Source: Bdellovibrionales bacterium
GTDB taxonomy: Bacteria > Bdellovibrionota > Bdellovibrionia > Bdellovibrionales > CAYMLA01
Length of the DNA: 64,000 nucleotides
Direction: 5' to 3'
Assembly (NCBI GenBank): GCA_965217115.1
Contig: OZ244239.1
Location: 1,376,001 to 1,440,000 of the forward strand
The position numbers and the translations under genes were made by a program. The number at the start of each line of letters is the position of its first letter. Within the stretch, counting starts at the first letter, position 1. Positions 9,742-20,456 of this stretch are shown here, piece after piece. A model generated the notes under the pieces. The model made no database searches and had not been told where the DNA came from. It saw only the letters and a program-made list of their open reading frames with translations.

Positions 9742-9972
9742 TAGGCTGAATCAATATTTTGGGCAAAACGTGGTGGAATATTAAAATTTGAGTTTGCAGC
9801 CTTTATGGGTAAGACTGTCTCGGTGAGAGGTCTGGGAAACGACCCAATTGCTCATTTAGAGAAGTTTGATCGCCCGCAAGATATTTCAGGAACTGTTGCT
9901 ATTATGACAGAGAGAGAAATTTAAAAGGCTTCGATAGATATTATTTTTTATTTTTAATAAAAGAGAGGGTTC

Positions 9973-11559
9973 ATGAGATCAGTTTTAGTGTCTTTTTTAG
10001 TCTTTAGTGTGGCCATAAATATTTGGGCGATGGAAAAAACTTTTATTTATTGTTCAGAGGGAAGCCCCAGTTCTTTTAACCCTCAATTAGCGACCGATGG
10101 AGCAAGTTTTAATGCCAGTTCACGCACGATTTATGACCGATTGGTGGATTTTTCTCCTGGAAGCACAAGTATCATTTCTGGTTTAGCAAAATCATGGACC
10201 GTTAGTAAAAGCTCATTGGTTTATACTTTTAAGCTACATAAAGGGGTAAAGTTCCATTCGACAAAAAACTTTAAACCCACCAGAAACTTCAATGCCGATG
10301 ATGTGGTTTTTTCTTTTCGTCGTATGATGGACAAGAAAAACCCTTATCACTTAGTTAGTGGTGGCACCTATGAGTATTTTCAAAACATGGAAATGGGTAA
10401 AATCATTAAAAGGGTTAAAAAAGTAGATAATTACACAGTGCAGTTTATCCTCTCTCGTCCAGAAGCACCGTTTTTGGCAAATTTAGCGATGGATTTTGCG
10501 AGTATTTTATCAAAAGAATACGCTGATAAAATGTTGATTGCTAAGACTCCTGAGAAGACAGATCGTTTTCCTGTGGGGACAGGGCCTTTTAAATTTAAAA
10601 AATATATAAAGGACACTTTAATTCGCTACACGGCCCACAAAGATTATTTTAAGGGTAAAGCTTTTATTGATCGCTTAGTTTTTAGCATCACACCAGACGC
10701 AAGTGTGCGATTCCAAAAATTAAAAGCAGGGGAATGTCATTTAGTCGGTGAGCCTTCGCCAACAGATTTAAAAAGTATGAGAGTGCGAAGTGATATTCAT
10801 GTGATGGAGCAAGAAGGATTGAATGTTGGATATGTTGCGATGAATGTAGAAAAAAAACCTTTGAATAGTTTATTAGTTCGCAAGGCGATAAATTATGCGC
10901 TCAATCGTAGGGCCTACATTAAGGCTATTTATTTGGGAAATGCAATGGTGGCTAAAAACCCTATTCCTCCGACAATCTGGGGTTATAATAATAAGATTAA
11001 AGATTATGAGTATGATATTAAAAAAGCCAAATCTCTTCTTAAAAAAGCAGGCTATTCCAATGGTTTTGAAATTGAGCTTTGGACCTTGCCCATTTCCCGC
11101 CCCTATAACCCTAATGGTAAGAAAATGGGAGAATTAATCCAAGCTGATTTGGCGAAGATAGGCATTAAGGTTAAATTGATTACCTACGATTGGCCGACTT
11201 ATTTGTCGAAGGCTCGGAAGGGTGAGCATCAGATGATTCAGCTCGGTTGGACAGGAGACAATGGAGATCCAGATAATTTCATGAACGTTCTCTTGGGTTG
11301 TGCAGCTGTTGAAGGCGGGGGAAACCTTGCCCGTTGGAAAAATAAGAATTTTTGCAAATTAATGGTACAGGCGAAATCTATTTCTAATGTAAAGGCGAGA
11401 ACGAAATTCTATTTGAAGGCCCAAGAAATTTTTAAAAAAGAAGCTCCGTGGGTACCTATTGCCCATTCAAAAGTTTTTCGGGCTATGTCAAAAAGGGTTA
11501 AAGGCTATCAAATACATCCATTTGGCGTAGAGATGTTTCATAAGGTGGACTTAAAATAA
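9973..11559 (+). CDS. dppA: Dipeptide ABC transporter substrate-binding protein
   Basis: Signal peptide, YCSEGSP, PVGTGPF, RPYNPNG, GWTGDNGDPDNF. Confidence 0.93.
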   Translation: MRSVLVSFLVFSVAINIWAMEKTFIYCSEGSPSSFNPQLATDGASFNASSRTIYDRLVDFSPGSTSIISGLAKSWTVSKSSLVYTFKLHKGVKFHSTKNFKPTRNFNADDVVFSFRRMMDKKNPYHLVSGGTYEYFQNMEMGKIIKRVKKVDNYTVQFILSRPEAPFLANLAMDFASILSKEYADKMLIAKTPEKTDRFPVGTGPFKFKKYIKDTLIRYTAHKDYFKGKAFIDRLVFSITPDASVRFQKLKAGECHLVGEPSPTDLKSMRVRSDIHVMEQEGLNVGYVAMNVEKKPLNSLLVRKAINYALNRRAYIKAIYLGNAMVAKNPIPPTIWGYNNKIKDYEYDIKKAKSLLKKAGYSNGFEIELWTLPISRPYNPNGKKMGELIQADLAKIGIKVKLITYDWPTYLSKARKGEHQMIQLGWTGDNGDPDNFMNVLLGCAAVEGGGNLARWKNKNFCKLMVQAKSISNVKARTKFYLKAQEIFKKEAPWVPIAHSKVFRAMSKRVKGYQIHPFGVEMFHKVDLK

Positions 11560-11663
11560 AAAAGCTCCATTGAGGTAAAATTTCGATGGGTCTATAGTGA
11601 ATCTTTCTGTATCGATCAATGAAAACTAGACTTTACTCTTTTTGGACGACTAGAATGGTCTTT

Positions 11664-12677
11664 ATGTTTCAGGTGATATTCAAGCGTCTGTATGGTTCAT
11701 TGCCGACTCTTTTGGGCGTCTCTTTTTTGGCTTTTGTTCTAATTCGTCTCGTTCCAGGGGACCCTGTACTTGTGTTGCTTGGAGAACGGGGAGGGTCGCC
11801 AGAGGTTGTGGCGGAGCTACAGGAAAAATTAGGTTTAGATCAACCAGCATGGAAGCAGTATTTTATTTTTATTGGCAACGCTATTCAGGGAGACTTGGGG
11901 ACATCTATTATTACCAAAAGGCCTGTGTGGGAGGAATTTATTGATCGTTTTCCAGCGACGTTAGAGTTGGGGATGTTGGGATTATTGTTTGCGATCGTAC
12001 TGGGTATTCCAATGGGTATTATTGCAGCGGTGAAGCGTAATTCTTTTTGGGATTACTCTATTATGGGTGGAGCCTTGTTGGGGTATTCCATGCCTATATT
12101 TTGGTGGGGCTTGCTATTGATTCTTATTTTTTCCATTAGTTTAGGGTGGACTCCTGTCTCAGGAAGGATCAGTGCTTTTTATGATGTGGACTCAATTACG
12201 GGGTTTATGCTTATTGATACTTTAATGAGTGAGGATGGGTGGTCTGCGTTTAAGAATGCATTGAAACATCTTATTTTGCCATCCATTGTTTTAGGAACAA
12301 TTCCTCTGGCAGTGATTGCTCGCATGACACGATCTAGTTTGCTTGAAGTGATTCGAGAAGATTATATGCGCACGGCTAAGGCGAAGGGCGTGGGAGGAAT
12401 GAAATTGATTTTACGCCATGGTTTGCGCAATGCTTTGATTCCAGTGGTGACGGTGATAGGTTTGATGGTGGGGAGTGTAATTACGGGAGCTATTTTGACA
12501 GAGACGATTTTTTCATGGCCAGGGATTGGTCGTTGGCTCGTACAAAGCGTGGTGTCACGAGATTATCCTGTTATTCAAGGGGGAATACTGTGCATTGCTA
12601 CGGTGGTGATTTTGGTGAATTTATTTGTCGATCTCACCTACTTGTGGATTGATCCTAAAATGAGGAAAAAGGCTTAA
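11664..12677 (+). CDS. dppB: Dipeptide ABC transporter permease
   Basis: PGDP, FPATLEL, SMPIFWWG, RTAKAKG, ETIFSWPGIG. Exact start uncertain (11619-11664). Confidence 0.92.
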   Translation: MFQVIFKRLYGSLPTLLGVSFLAFVLIRLVPGDPVLVLLGERGGSPEVVAELQEKLGLDQPAWKQYFIFIGNAIQGDLGTSIITKRPVWEEFIDRFPATLELGMLGLLFAIVLGIPMGIIAAVKRNSFWDYSIMGGALLGYSMPIFWWGLLLILIFSISLGWTPVSGRISAFYDVDSITGFMLIDTLMSEDGWSAFKNALKHLILPSIVLGTIPLAVIARMTRSSLLEVIREDYMRTAKAKGVGGMKLILRHGLRNALIPVVTVIGLMVGSVITGAILTETIFSWPGIGRWLVQSVVSRDYPVIQGGILCIATVVILVNLFVDLTYLWIDPKMRKKA

Positions 12678-13526
12678 ATGGAAAAGTGGAATTTTTTTTG
12701 TCACAACAAAGGAGCTTTGGGAGGACTTGTTATTGTTCTTTTATTTGTTCTGCTGGCGATATTGGCTCCTTTAATAGCTCCCTACTCTCCAATACAAATT
12801 CATGAGGGGGCTTATCGTATCGAGCCTTTTTGGACCTTGGAAGGAAGCTTCCTTTATATTCTTGGTACAGATGACATTGGAAGAGATCTTTTGAGTCGTT
12901 TGATTTATGGAGCACGAATTTCTCTGGGGATTGGGTTTTTAATTGTAACCTTCTCTCTTTTTATAGGCACGACATTAGGTTTATTGGCAGGTTATTATGA
13001 GGGAAAAATAGAGAGTGTTATTATGCGCTCGGTGGATATTCTAATGTCTTTACCCAGTATTTTACTGGCAATTGTTGTTGTAGCTATTTTAGGACCGAGT
13101 TTGATGAACACAGTTGTCGCGGTAGGCATTGTTGGTATTCCTTCCTTTGTTCGTTTGGTGAGAGCTTCAGTTAAGGCAGAAAAGTCAAAAGAGTATGTGA
13201 TTGCGGCAAGGAGTTTTGGAGCATCGTCTTGGAGGATTGCTATTTTAAATATTCTTCCGAATTGTTTTGCTCCGATTGTTGTGCAAGCGACTTTGGGTTT
13301 CAGTGATGGTATTTTAAATGCGGCAGCCTTGGGTTTTCTTGGTTTAGGGGTTCAGGCGCCTACACCAGAATGGGGGACGATGCTTTCTGACGCTCGTTCC
13401 TATATAGAGACGTCACCATGGCTTGTGACATTGCCAGGGCTGTGTATTTTGATTGTTGTTTTAGCATTTAATCTTTTTGGTGATGGGTTACGCGATACCT
13501 TTGACCCAAAATTAAGAGGCTCTTAG
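12678..13526 (+). CDS. dppC: Dipeptide ABC transporter permease
   Basis: LGTDDIGRDLLSRLIYGARISL, PEWGTML, GDGLRD. Confidence 0.92.
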   Translation: MEKWNFFCHNKGALGGLVIVLLFVLLAILAPLIAPYSPIQIHEGAYRIEPFWTLEGSFLYILGTDDIGRDLLSRLIYGARISLGIGFLIVTFSLFIGTTLGLLAGYYEGKIESVIMRSVDILMSLPSILLAIVVVAILGPSLMNTVVAVGIVGIPSFVRLVRASVKAEKSKEYVIAARSFGASSWRIAILNILPNCFAPIVVQATLGFSDGILNAAALGFLGLGVQAPTPEWGTMLSDARSYIETSPWLVTLPGLCILIVVLAFNLFGDGLRDTFDPKLRGS

Positions 13527-13552
13527 GGGCTAGTTATTTTTTTGGAGAATTT

Positions 13553-14929
13553 ATGGCGCAACTAATAACGAAAAACCCCTATAGTCTGGTAGAAATTAAT
13601 TCCTATGAGATGGATGATTTTGAAAATTCTAAATTAAAAGTTCAAAGATTAGAAACGGCCCAAAAAACATGGGGCCATGTTGACCTTTCCAAGAGAATTA
13701 ATCTTGTTAAAAAAGGAATGGAGTATTTTGAAAATCATCGAGTTGAGATAGCCAAAGATATTAGCGAACAAATAGGTCGACCTTTGCATTATTGCGATGG
13801 AGAAGTGAAGGGTTTTTTTGAAAGAGCCGATCACCTTTGTGCCATTGCTAGAAGGAGCTTAGCTGTTGAGGTCATTGAGCCCAAGGAGGGGTTTGAGCGA
13901 AGTATTGAAGCAACTCCTCTGGGAGTTGTCTTTGTTATTGCCGCATGGAACTACCCTCTTCTGATTGCAGTGAACTCTATTATACCAGCATTACTTGCGG
14001 GGAACACTGTGCTGTTGAAGCACTCTAAGCTAACTCCTGAAATCGGCAGACACTTTGAAAAAGCGTTTGGAAAATTAGGGGAGTTTGGAGATCTATTATT
14101 TAATGTGATTACTGATCATGAGACCACAGGAAAAATCATTGAAAACACGGGTGTTAATCATGTGGTTTTTACGGGCTCAGTGAACGGTGGTCGTCAGATT
14201 CTCTCCCATACCTCGAAGCGTTTTATGATGCCTGGTTTAGAGTTAGGGGGGAAAGATGCAGCTTATGTTCACAGTGATGCCGATTTGGCGTTAGCTGTTG
14301 AAGCTGTTGTTGATGGGGCCCTTTTTAATTCAGGGCAAAGTTGTTGCGGAATAGAGAGAGCTTATGTTCATGAAGATGTCTATGAGGATTTTGTGAATAA
14401 GGCTCAAAAGACTATGAGTAGCTATAAAATGGGCGACCCAAATGATGAGAATGTCCAACTAGGGCCTTTGGCGCAACCACACGCGGCTGAAGTTATGCAA
14501 AACCAAGTCGAAGAGGCGAGGTCTAAAGGTGCTAAGGTTGTTATTGGTGGAGAAATACATAAAATAAAGAAGGCCGTCTTTTTTCCTGCAACATTAGTTG
14601 TTAATGCTGACAATAATATGGAGATCATGCGTGAAGAGAATTTTGGACCGATACTCTCGGTGATGAAGGTGAAATCTTTGCAGGAAGGCATAGAGAACAT
14701 CAATGACTCCAACTATGGTTTAACTTCTGCTATTTTCACCAAGACAAAAGAGACAGCTCAAAATTTTGCTAATCAAGTCGATACAGGAACTGTGTTTATG
14801 AATCGTTGTGATTATTTGGATCCAACTTTGCCGTGGACGGGAGTTAAGGACAGTGGTTGTGGATCATCTTTGTCTCATTTTGGTTTTTTACACCTCACTC
14901 GCAGGAAATCGTTACACTTTAAAACATAG
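13553..14929 (+). CDS. NAD(P)-dependent aldehyde dehydrogenase
   Basis: AWNYP, FTGS, LELGGKD, NSGQSCC, EENFGP. Confidence 0.93.
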   Translation: MAQLITKNPYSLVEINSYEMDDFENSKLKVQRLETAQKTWGHVDLSKRINLVKKGMEYFENHRVEIAKDISEQIGRPLHYCDGEVKGFFERADHLCAIARRSLAVEVIEPKEGFERSIEATPLGVVFVIAAWNYPLLIAVNSIIPALLAGNTVLLKHSKLTPEIGRHFEKAFGKLGEFGDLLFNVITDHETTGKIIENTGVNHVVFTGSVNGGRQILSHTSKRFMMPGLELGGKDAAYVHSDADLALAVEAVVDGALFNSGQSCCGIERAYVHEDVYEDFVNKAQKTMSSYKMGDPNDENVQLGPLAQPHAAEVMQNQVEEARSKGAKVVIGGEIHKIKKAVFFPATLVVNADNNMEIMREENFGPILSVMKVKSLQEGIENINDSNYGLTSAIFTKTKETAQNFANQVDTGTVFMNRCDYLDPTLPWTGVKDSGCGSSLSHFGFLHLTRRKSLHFKT

Positions 14930-14937
14930 GAAGTATT

Positions 14938-16314
14938 ATGGAAAAAGATTTTTTAACAATTATAAAAACGTATAAAGAAAAAAATGTTAAATGCATTAAG
15001 CTGGCCATCACTGATATTGATGGTGTTATGCGTGGGAAATACATAAATCTAGATAAATTTGAATCCGTATTAAAGGCCACAGGTGGCTTTTGCGACTGTG
15101 TTTTTGGTTGGGACGTCGTTGATAAGCTCTATGAAAATGATGTCGACTTTACAGGTTGGCATACGGCTTATCCTGATGCTCTCTTTAAAATTGATTTAAA
15201 AACACAGAGATGGCTTACCGAAGAGCAGATTCCATTTTTTATTGCCGATTTTGTTGATAACGATGGTGAGAGTCTCCACTCTGTGTGCCCTAGAAATTTA
15301 TTAAAAAGAGTTCTTAGGCAAGCTGAGGAAATGGGGATGGGCTTTAATCTGGCTTTTGAGTATGAATTTTTTCTTTTTAATGAGACTCCTCATTCTGTGC
15401 GTGAGAAGGGCTACAAGAACCTCACTCCTTTTACGCCTGGAATGTTCGGCTATAGCATGATTAGGAGTTCGACTTATTCAGACATTTTTAACGACTTGAT
15501 GGATTATTTTTCAGAATTAAATATAGAGATCGAGGGTCTCCATTGTGAAACAGGTCCAGGTGTGTTGGAGGCAGCGATAAAATACGGAGAGGCTCTTGAT
15601 TCTGCCGACAAAGCCGTGTTATTTAAGACTTTCTGTAAAGTGTTTTTTCAAAAGAGAGAGATTATGGCGACGTTTATGGCTCGTTGGAGCTTAGAATATC
15701 CAGGCCAAAGTGGGCACATACATATTTCTCCCTACGATCTCAAAACAAATAAAAACCTATTTCATGATGCCTCTGATGGAAATAACATGAGTTCTATGAT
15801 GAAGTCATTTGTCGCTGGTATGTCTAAGTATATGAAAGAATTTTTACCATTAACGACACCGACAATAAACTCTTACACACGATTGGTTAAGGGTTTTTGG
15901 GCTCCGACGGCAGCCACGTGGGGGGTAGAGAATAGAACTTGCGCCCTTAGAGTTATTCCAGGCAGTGATAAATCACAACGGGTAGAGTATCGAGTTGGTG
16001 CGGCTGACGGCAATCCTTATATTTGTGCAGCAGCAGTTATTGGAGCTGGTTTGCAGGGAGTAAAAGAAGGTCTTAAAATTTTAGAACCAATAAAAGGCAA
16101 TGCTTATGATGTTCAAGACGATTTACCACAGGAGTTGCAGTTACCAAGTTCTTTAAAAGATTCAATAAAAAACCTAGCTAAATCAACTGTGGCCCCTGAA
16201 ATTTTTGGAGAAAAATTTGTGCAGCATTTTGTAAAAACTCGTGAGTGGGAAGTTTCAGAGTATGAAAAAGCAATCACTGACTGGCAACTAGAGAGATATT
16301 TTGAAATTATTTAG
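14938..16314 (+). CDS. Glutamine synthetase-like gamma-glutamyl-amine ligase
   Basis: DIDGVMRGK, EYEFF, HCETGPG, GQSGHIH, NSYTRL, ENRTCALR, EYRVGAADGNPY; genomic context is catabolic. Confidence 0.88.
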   Translation: MEKDFLTIIKTYKEKNVKCIKLAITDIDGVMRGKYINLDKFESVLKATGGFCDCVFGWDVVDKLYENDVDFTGWHTAYPDALFKIDLKTQRWLTEEQIPFFIADFVDNDGESLHSVCPRNLLKRVLRQAEEMGMGFNLAFEYEFFLFNETPHSVREKGYKNLTPFTPGMFGYSMIRSSTYSDIFNDLMDYFSELNIEIEGLHCETGPGVLEAAIKYGEALDSADKAVLFKTFCKVFFQKREIMATFMARWSLEYPGQSGHIHISPYDLKTNKNLFHDASDGNNMSSMMKSFVAGMSKYMKEFLPLTTPTINSYTRLVKGFWAPTAATWGVENRTCALRVIPGSDKSQRVEYRVGAADGNPYICAAAVIGAGLQGVKEGLKILEPIKGNAYDVQDDLPQELQLPSSLKDSIKNLAKSTVAPEIFGEKFVQHFVKTREWEVSEYEKAITDWQLERYFEII

Positions 16315-16322
16315 GAGATCTT

Positions 16323-17477
16323 ATGAAGCAATTTGATTTTCCAACGACATTGATTTATGGCGAAGGTGCTTTGGAGGAGTTGTCTCTGCGAATTGCGAAA
16401 ACAAGATCAAGTTCTTTGTTGTTAGTGACAGATAAGACGCTTGTAGAGGTTGGCATTGTATCCTTTGTCATGGATGAGTTAGTAAAGAGAGGCCTAAAGG
16501 TTACTATTTATGATGGGACTGACTCTAACCCTACGGAAGACAATGTTTTAGAAGGGGCGGAAATTTATAAAGAGCATAAATGTGATGCCGTAGTTGCTCT
16601 TGGTGGGGGAAGCCCGATGGATGTTGCTAAGGGGGTTGTAGTTATGGCAAAAAATGACGGTCCTTTGGCGAAATATGATAATTGTTTCGGTGGTGAGAGA
16701 CATATTACCAACCCACTGCCTCCTCTCTATGCGATTCCAACAACTGCGGGAACGGGGAGTGAGGTTGGTCGCTCTGGAGTGATCATTATTAAAGAGACCA
16801 ATGATAAGACGATTATTTTCCATCCAGATCTTTTGCCAAAAATGGCTGCTCTTGATCCTGTATTGACGAAGGGTTTACCTCCACATATTACGGCAGCAAC
16901 TGGCATAGATGCATTTACTCATAGTCTTGAGGCTTATTTTTCTCCTGAATTTCACCCGATGGCTGATGGAATTGCCTTGGAGGGAATGAAGATTATTTTA
17001 GATAACTTAGAAACTGCAGTGCGAGAGGGAGAAAACATTGAAGCTCGGTCAAAAATGTTAATAGCTTCATCTATGGGAGCGACGGCTTTTCAAAAAGGCC
17101 TTGGAATGACTCACTCTATAGCTCATCCACTATCAAGCGAGTGTGGACTGCATCACGGTTTAGCCAATGCAATCATGCTTCCATTTTGTATCGCATTTTT
17201 AGAAGAATCTAATCTTAGTGAATTCCAAAGAGAAAAAATAGCCGATGTTCAAGGTCTTTTTGAAAAAAGAAATCTCTCTAAGGAGACACTTTCCCAATCT
17301 TGCAAATCTTATTTCGAGAGATTGGGGATTAAATCCGGTCTTTCAAATTACAATGTCACTGAAGATCAAATCAAGATTCTTAGTGAAAAAGCGCTTAAGG
17401 ACCCCTGTCATCAAACCAATATGATACCAGTGGACCTTGAGGATTTTAAAAAAGTTATAAGAAGGAGTTTGAGTTGA
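16323..17477 (+). CDS. Iron-containing alcohol dehydrogenase
   Basis: GGGSPMD, PTTAGTGSE, DAFTH, HSIAH, HHGLAN. Confidence 0.93.
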   Translation: MKQFDFPTTLIYGEGALEELSLRIAKTRSSSLLLVTDKTLVEVGIVSFVMDELVKRGLKVTIYDGTDSNPTEDNVLEGAEIYKEHKCDAVVALGGGSPMDVAKGVVVMAKNDGPLAKYDNCFGGERHITNPLPPLYAIPTTAGTGSEVGRSGVIIIKETNDKTIIFHPDLLPKMAALDPVLTKGLPPHITAATGIDAFTHSLEAYFSPEFHPMADGIALEGMKIILDNLETAVREGENIEARSKMLIASSMGATAFQKGLGMTHSIAHPLSSECGLHHGLANAIMLPFCIAFLEESNLSEFQREKIADVQGLFEKRNLSKETLSQSCKSYFERLGIKSGLSNYNVTEDQIKILSEKALKDPCHQTNMIPVDLEDFKKVIRRSLS

Positions 17478-18163
17478 TAGGGATTCTTGATTCTTACCAT
17501 GAGGATAAAACGCCTGGAAATTATCAGGAAGAATATATTCCTGTAATTTTAAAGTTTTTTGATAAAATTTTTGAGTCAAGGGTTTACCATGTTGCTCAAA
17601 ATGATTTTCCCCGTTCTGTGAATGATTGCGATGGTTGGATTATTACGGGCAGTCCTCGGAGTTGTTACGATGGAGATGAATGGCTAAAAAAATTAAGCAC
17701 CTTTATTAATGAAGCACACAGAAACAAGTCTAAGCTCTTTGGCATTTGTTTTGGTCATCAAATAATAGCTCACAGTCTGGGAGGGAGAACTTTAAGGTCA
17801 GAAAAAGGCTGGGGTATTGGTGTTAGAGAGATTAAAATCATTGAACACAAGCCTTGGATGGAACCAGGCTTAGAAGATATCAAGCTTATTTTTTCACACC
17901 AAGATCAAGTTGTACAGCTTCCGTCAGAGGCGAAGCTCCTTGGGCAGAGTGAATTTTGTCCTAATGAAATGTATTCTATAGGTGAGCATATTTTTTCAAT
18001 TCAAGGACACCCAGAGGTTACGAAGGATTTTGCCTTAAATAGGTTAGAGTCCCGTTTAGAGGAGATCGGTGAGTTAGCATCTTGCATTGCTAGAGAATCT
18101 TTAAACTCTCAAAGCCCCGATAATGATATTGTGGGGGCTTGGGTTAAAAGCTTTTTTTCTTAA
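17474..18163 (+). CDS. Class I glutamine amidotransferase-like hydrolase
   Basis: ITGS, GICFGHQ (Cys), QGHPE (His-Glu); TTGA overlap with the upstream stop. Confidence 0.88.
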   Translation: MIGILDSYHEDKTPGNYQEEYIPVILKFFDKIFESRVYHVAQNDFPRSVNDCDGWIITGSPRSCYDGDEWLKKLSTFINEAHRNKSKLFGICFGHQIIAHSLGGRTLRSEKGWGIGVREIKIIEHKPWMEPGLEDIKLIFSHQDQVVQLPSEAKLLGQSEFCPNEMYSIGEHIFSIQGHPEVTKDFALNRLESRLEEIGELASCIARESLNSQSPDNDIVGAWVKSFFS

Positions 18164-18204
18164 ATTATTTATAATTAGTCAGTAGAATTCTTGAGTTTAA
18201 ATGA

Positions 18205-19506
18205 TTACATCTGTTCTTTACTGACTTCTTCGATCTTGGCGTGTTCGATCAAATAATTAACAACCTTTTCCTCGATAATTTGGTAGGTTAATCGCGATCG
18301 CTGCTCATCAGAGCCGTAGAACTCTTTGATTTTACTGAGATCAAGTCCTGTTTGTTGAGCCATTTCAGTGTATTTTTGTTCGAAGTCACTGTCTTCACAG
18401 CTTATTTTTTTCTCTTTGGCAACGGCATCGATCATAAATCCTGAATGAACCATCTCCTTGGCCATATTATCAAAATCCTGTCCCCATTTTTGTGAGTATT
18501 CAATAAAGTCTTTTTCGTTCATACCCTGTTCGGTCATGCGTTTCTGCACGTCATTGATGAGATTTTGTTTTTGCTCTGTTTGCAGGGACTTTGGAACATC
18601 CATCGGGTTCTCTTGGACAAGCTTCTTTAAAACATTATTTTTTAAATCTTCTTTAATGCGATTTTCTTCATTTTTAAGTAAATCTCTATGAATTGTTTTC
18701 TTAAGGTCTTGGAGAGTCTGGTCCTTGCCACCGAGTGATTTAATAAGTTCGTCGTTAAGTTCAGGAAGTTCTGATTTTTGTAGCTTGTTGAGTTTGACCT
18801 TGAATTCAACAGGTTTACCAGAAATCTCTTTTGCGTGATAATCATCAGGAAATTTTGTCGATATATTTTTCTCAGAACCAACCTTCATACCAACTACTTT
18901 TTCTTCAAAACCTTCAATGAAGTTTTTTGATCCAAGTTCCAAGGAGTGGTCTTTTCCAGAGCCCCCTTCTAAGGGAGCGCCATTGATGGAGCCGTCAAAA
19001 TCAATGATAGCAATATCGCCCATTTGTGCAGGTCGATCTTCAAAGATATCTACGGCTGTGGCTTTGCTTTTTCTGATGTTTTCAAGAGTTTGATCTACTT
19101 GAGAATCGTCTAATTTTAAAATTTCTTTCTTAATAGAGAGGCCTTCAGAAGTTTTGAGAGTAACTTTAGGGCGAACCTCAAATAGGGCAGAGAAAGAAAA
19201 GGAAGAGCTTTCGTTGATATCTTTGAAGTCAAACTGAGGGTTGCCTATAGGTTCTAAGGTGTGTTCAGTTAATGCTTCCCCGTAGTTAGTTTGCACAATG
19301 TCTTGCAAGACGTCTTGTTTAACTTTGTCGCCATAAGACTGACGAATTTTGTTTAAAGGAGCTTTGCCCTTGCGAAAGCCAGAGATATCAGCGTCTTTTT
19401 GAATGACACGGTAGATTTTATTAAAAGCTGTTTTTACTGTTTCACTAGGAACTTCAATATTGAGTCTACGCTCTAGTTTTGATAATTCTTCGACATGGCT
19501 CTTCAT
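18205..19506 (-). CDS. tig: Trigger factor
   Basis: GFRKGKAP ribosome-binding motif; FKBP domain (FIEGFEE, FPDDYHA). Confidence 0.96.
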   Translation of the reverse strand: MKSHVEELSKLERRLNIEVPSETVKTAFNKIYRVIQKDADISGFRKGKAPLNKIRQSYGDKVKQDVLQDIVQTNYGEALTEHTLEPIGNPQFDFKDINESSSFSFSALFEVRPKVTLKTSEGLSIKKEILKLDDSQVDQTLENIRKSKATAVDIFEDRPAQMGDIAIIDFDGSINGAPLEGGSGKDHSLELGSKNFIEGFEEKVVGMKVGSEKNISTKFPDDYHAKEISGKPVEFKVKLNKLQKSELPELNDELIKSLGGKDQTLQDLKKTIHRDLLKNEENRIKEDLKNNVLKKLVQENPMDVPKSLQTEQKQNLINDVQKRMTEQGMNEKDFIEYSQKWGQDFDNMAKEMVHSGFMIDAVAKEKKISCEDSDFEQKYTEMAQQTGLDLSKIKEFYGSDEQRSRLTYQIIEEKVVNYLIEHAKIEEVSKEQM

Positions 19507-19625
19507 GGTTTTAGGCTCCTTAAGAGTTTTATATTCAGTTAATGTACTGACCTACTGCTAGAAGCTCTTAAATGCAAGTCTAGGGAGAATTTTGTCGCTT
19601 TCAGGTCAGCGATGTACTATGCCAT

Positions 19626-20456
19626 GTGAGTATGAATCAGCAAAAAATTATCTTAGTTTCAGGTAAGGGGGGAGTGGGTAAAAGCACGTTGGCCGCTTGT
19701 TTGGCTCAAAAACTGGCAAATGAAGGTCAAGAGGTGTTGCTTGTGAGGCTTTGCCGCTCATCTTCAAAAGAAAAGGCATCTCTCCGGGCCTCAACCCTAT
19801 TTCCAGGGGCAGAACCATTTCAAGTGGCCTATTGGATGGGACTTGGGTGTTTACAGGATTATGTAACGCACGTAGTCAAATCTTCAAAGGTGGCTTCCTT
19901 GTTTTTTGCGAATCTGACAGTTCGCCGCTTACTAGAGGTGGCTCCCGGGCTGTGTGAGTTGTCTATTTTGGGAAAACTAACCAGTGGTATTCGCGGAGTT
20001 GGAGATTTGTTTTCTTACGATGTTGTGGTGGTGGATGGTTATGCGACGGGACACACATTATCTCTTTTGAAGGCTCCTGTTGCGATGAGAGATTTTTTTT
20101 CCACAGGGAGTCTTAAAAACCCCATGGGAGAGCAGAGTTCTGATATTTTAAAAGTATTGCAAAATAAAAACATCTTTAAAGTGGTGATTGCGACTCTTCC
20201 CGAGGAATTTTCTTTAGAGGAGTCTTGTGGTTTTGCGCAGGAATTAGAAAAATTAGAGATAGAGTGTGAGTTTTGGTTGAATCGTGTTTGGCCTGAGTGT
20301 CCAGAGAAAATAAAAGAAGGATTGTGGTGGGATCGGGTCAAAGCACAGAAGCGAGCTCTGGTTAAAAATCCTGAGAAATTTTCTATGGAGTGGCCTTTTA
20401 TTCCATACGTTCAACGAGAGGAGTTATATAGAAAATTACTAGGAGAGGTTCTATGA
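19626..20456 (+). CDS. ArsA/GET3-like ATPase, subunit 1
   Basis: SGKGGVGKST, APGL.EL..LGK, DGYATGH, TLPEE. Confidence 0.82.
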   Translation: MSMNQQKIILVSGKGGVGKSTLAACLAQKLANEGQEVLLVRLCRSSSKEKASLRASTLFPGAEPFQVAYWMGLGCLQDYVTHVVKSSKVASLFFANLTVRRLLEVAPGLCELSILGKLTSGIRGVGDLFSYDVVVVDGYATGHTLSLLKAPVAMRDFFSTGSLKNPMGEQSSDILKVLQNKNIFKVVIATLPEEFSLEESCGFAQELEKLEIECEFWLNRVWPECPEKIKEGLWWDRVKAQKRALVKNPEKFSMEWPFIPYVQREELYRKLLGEVL

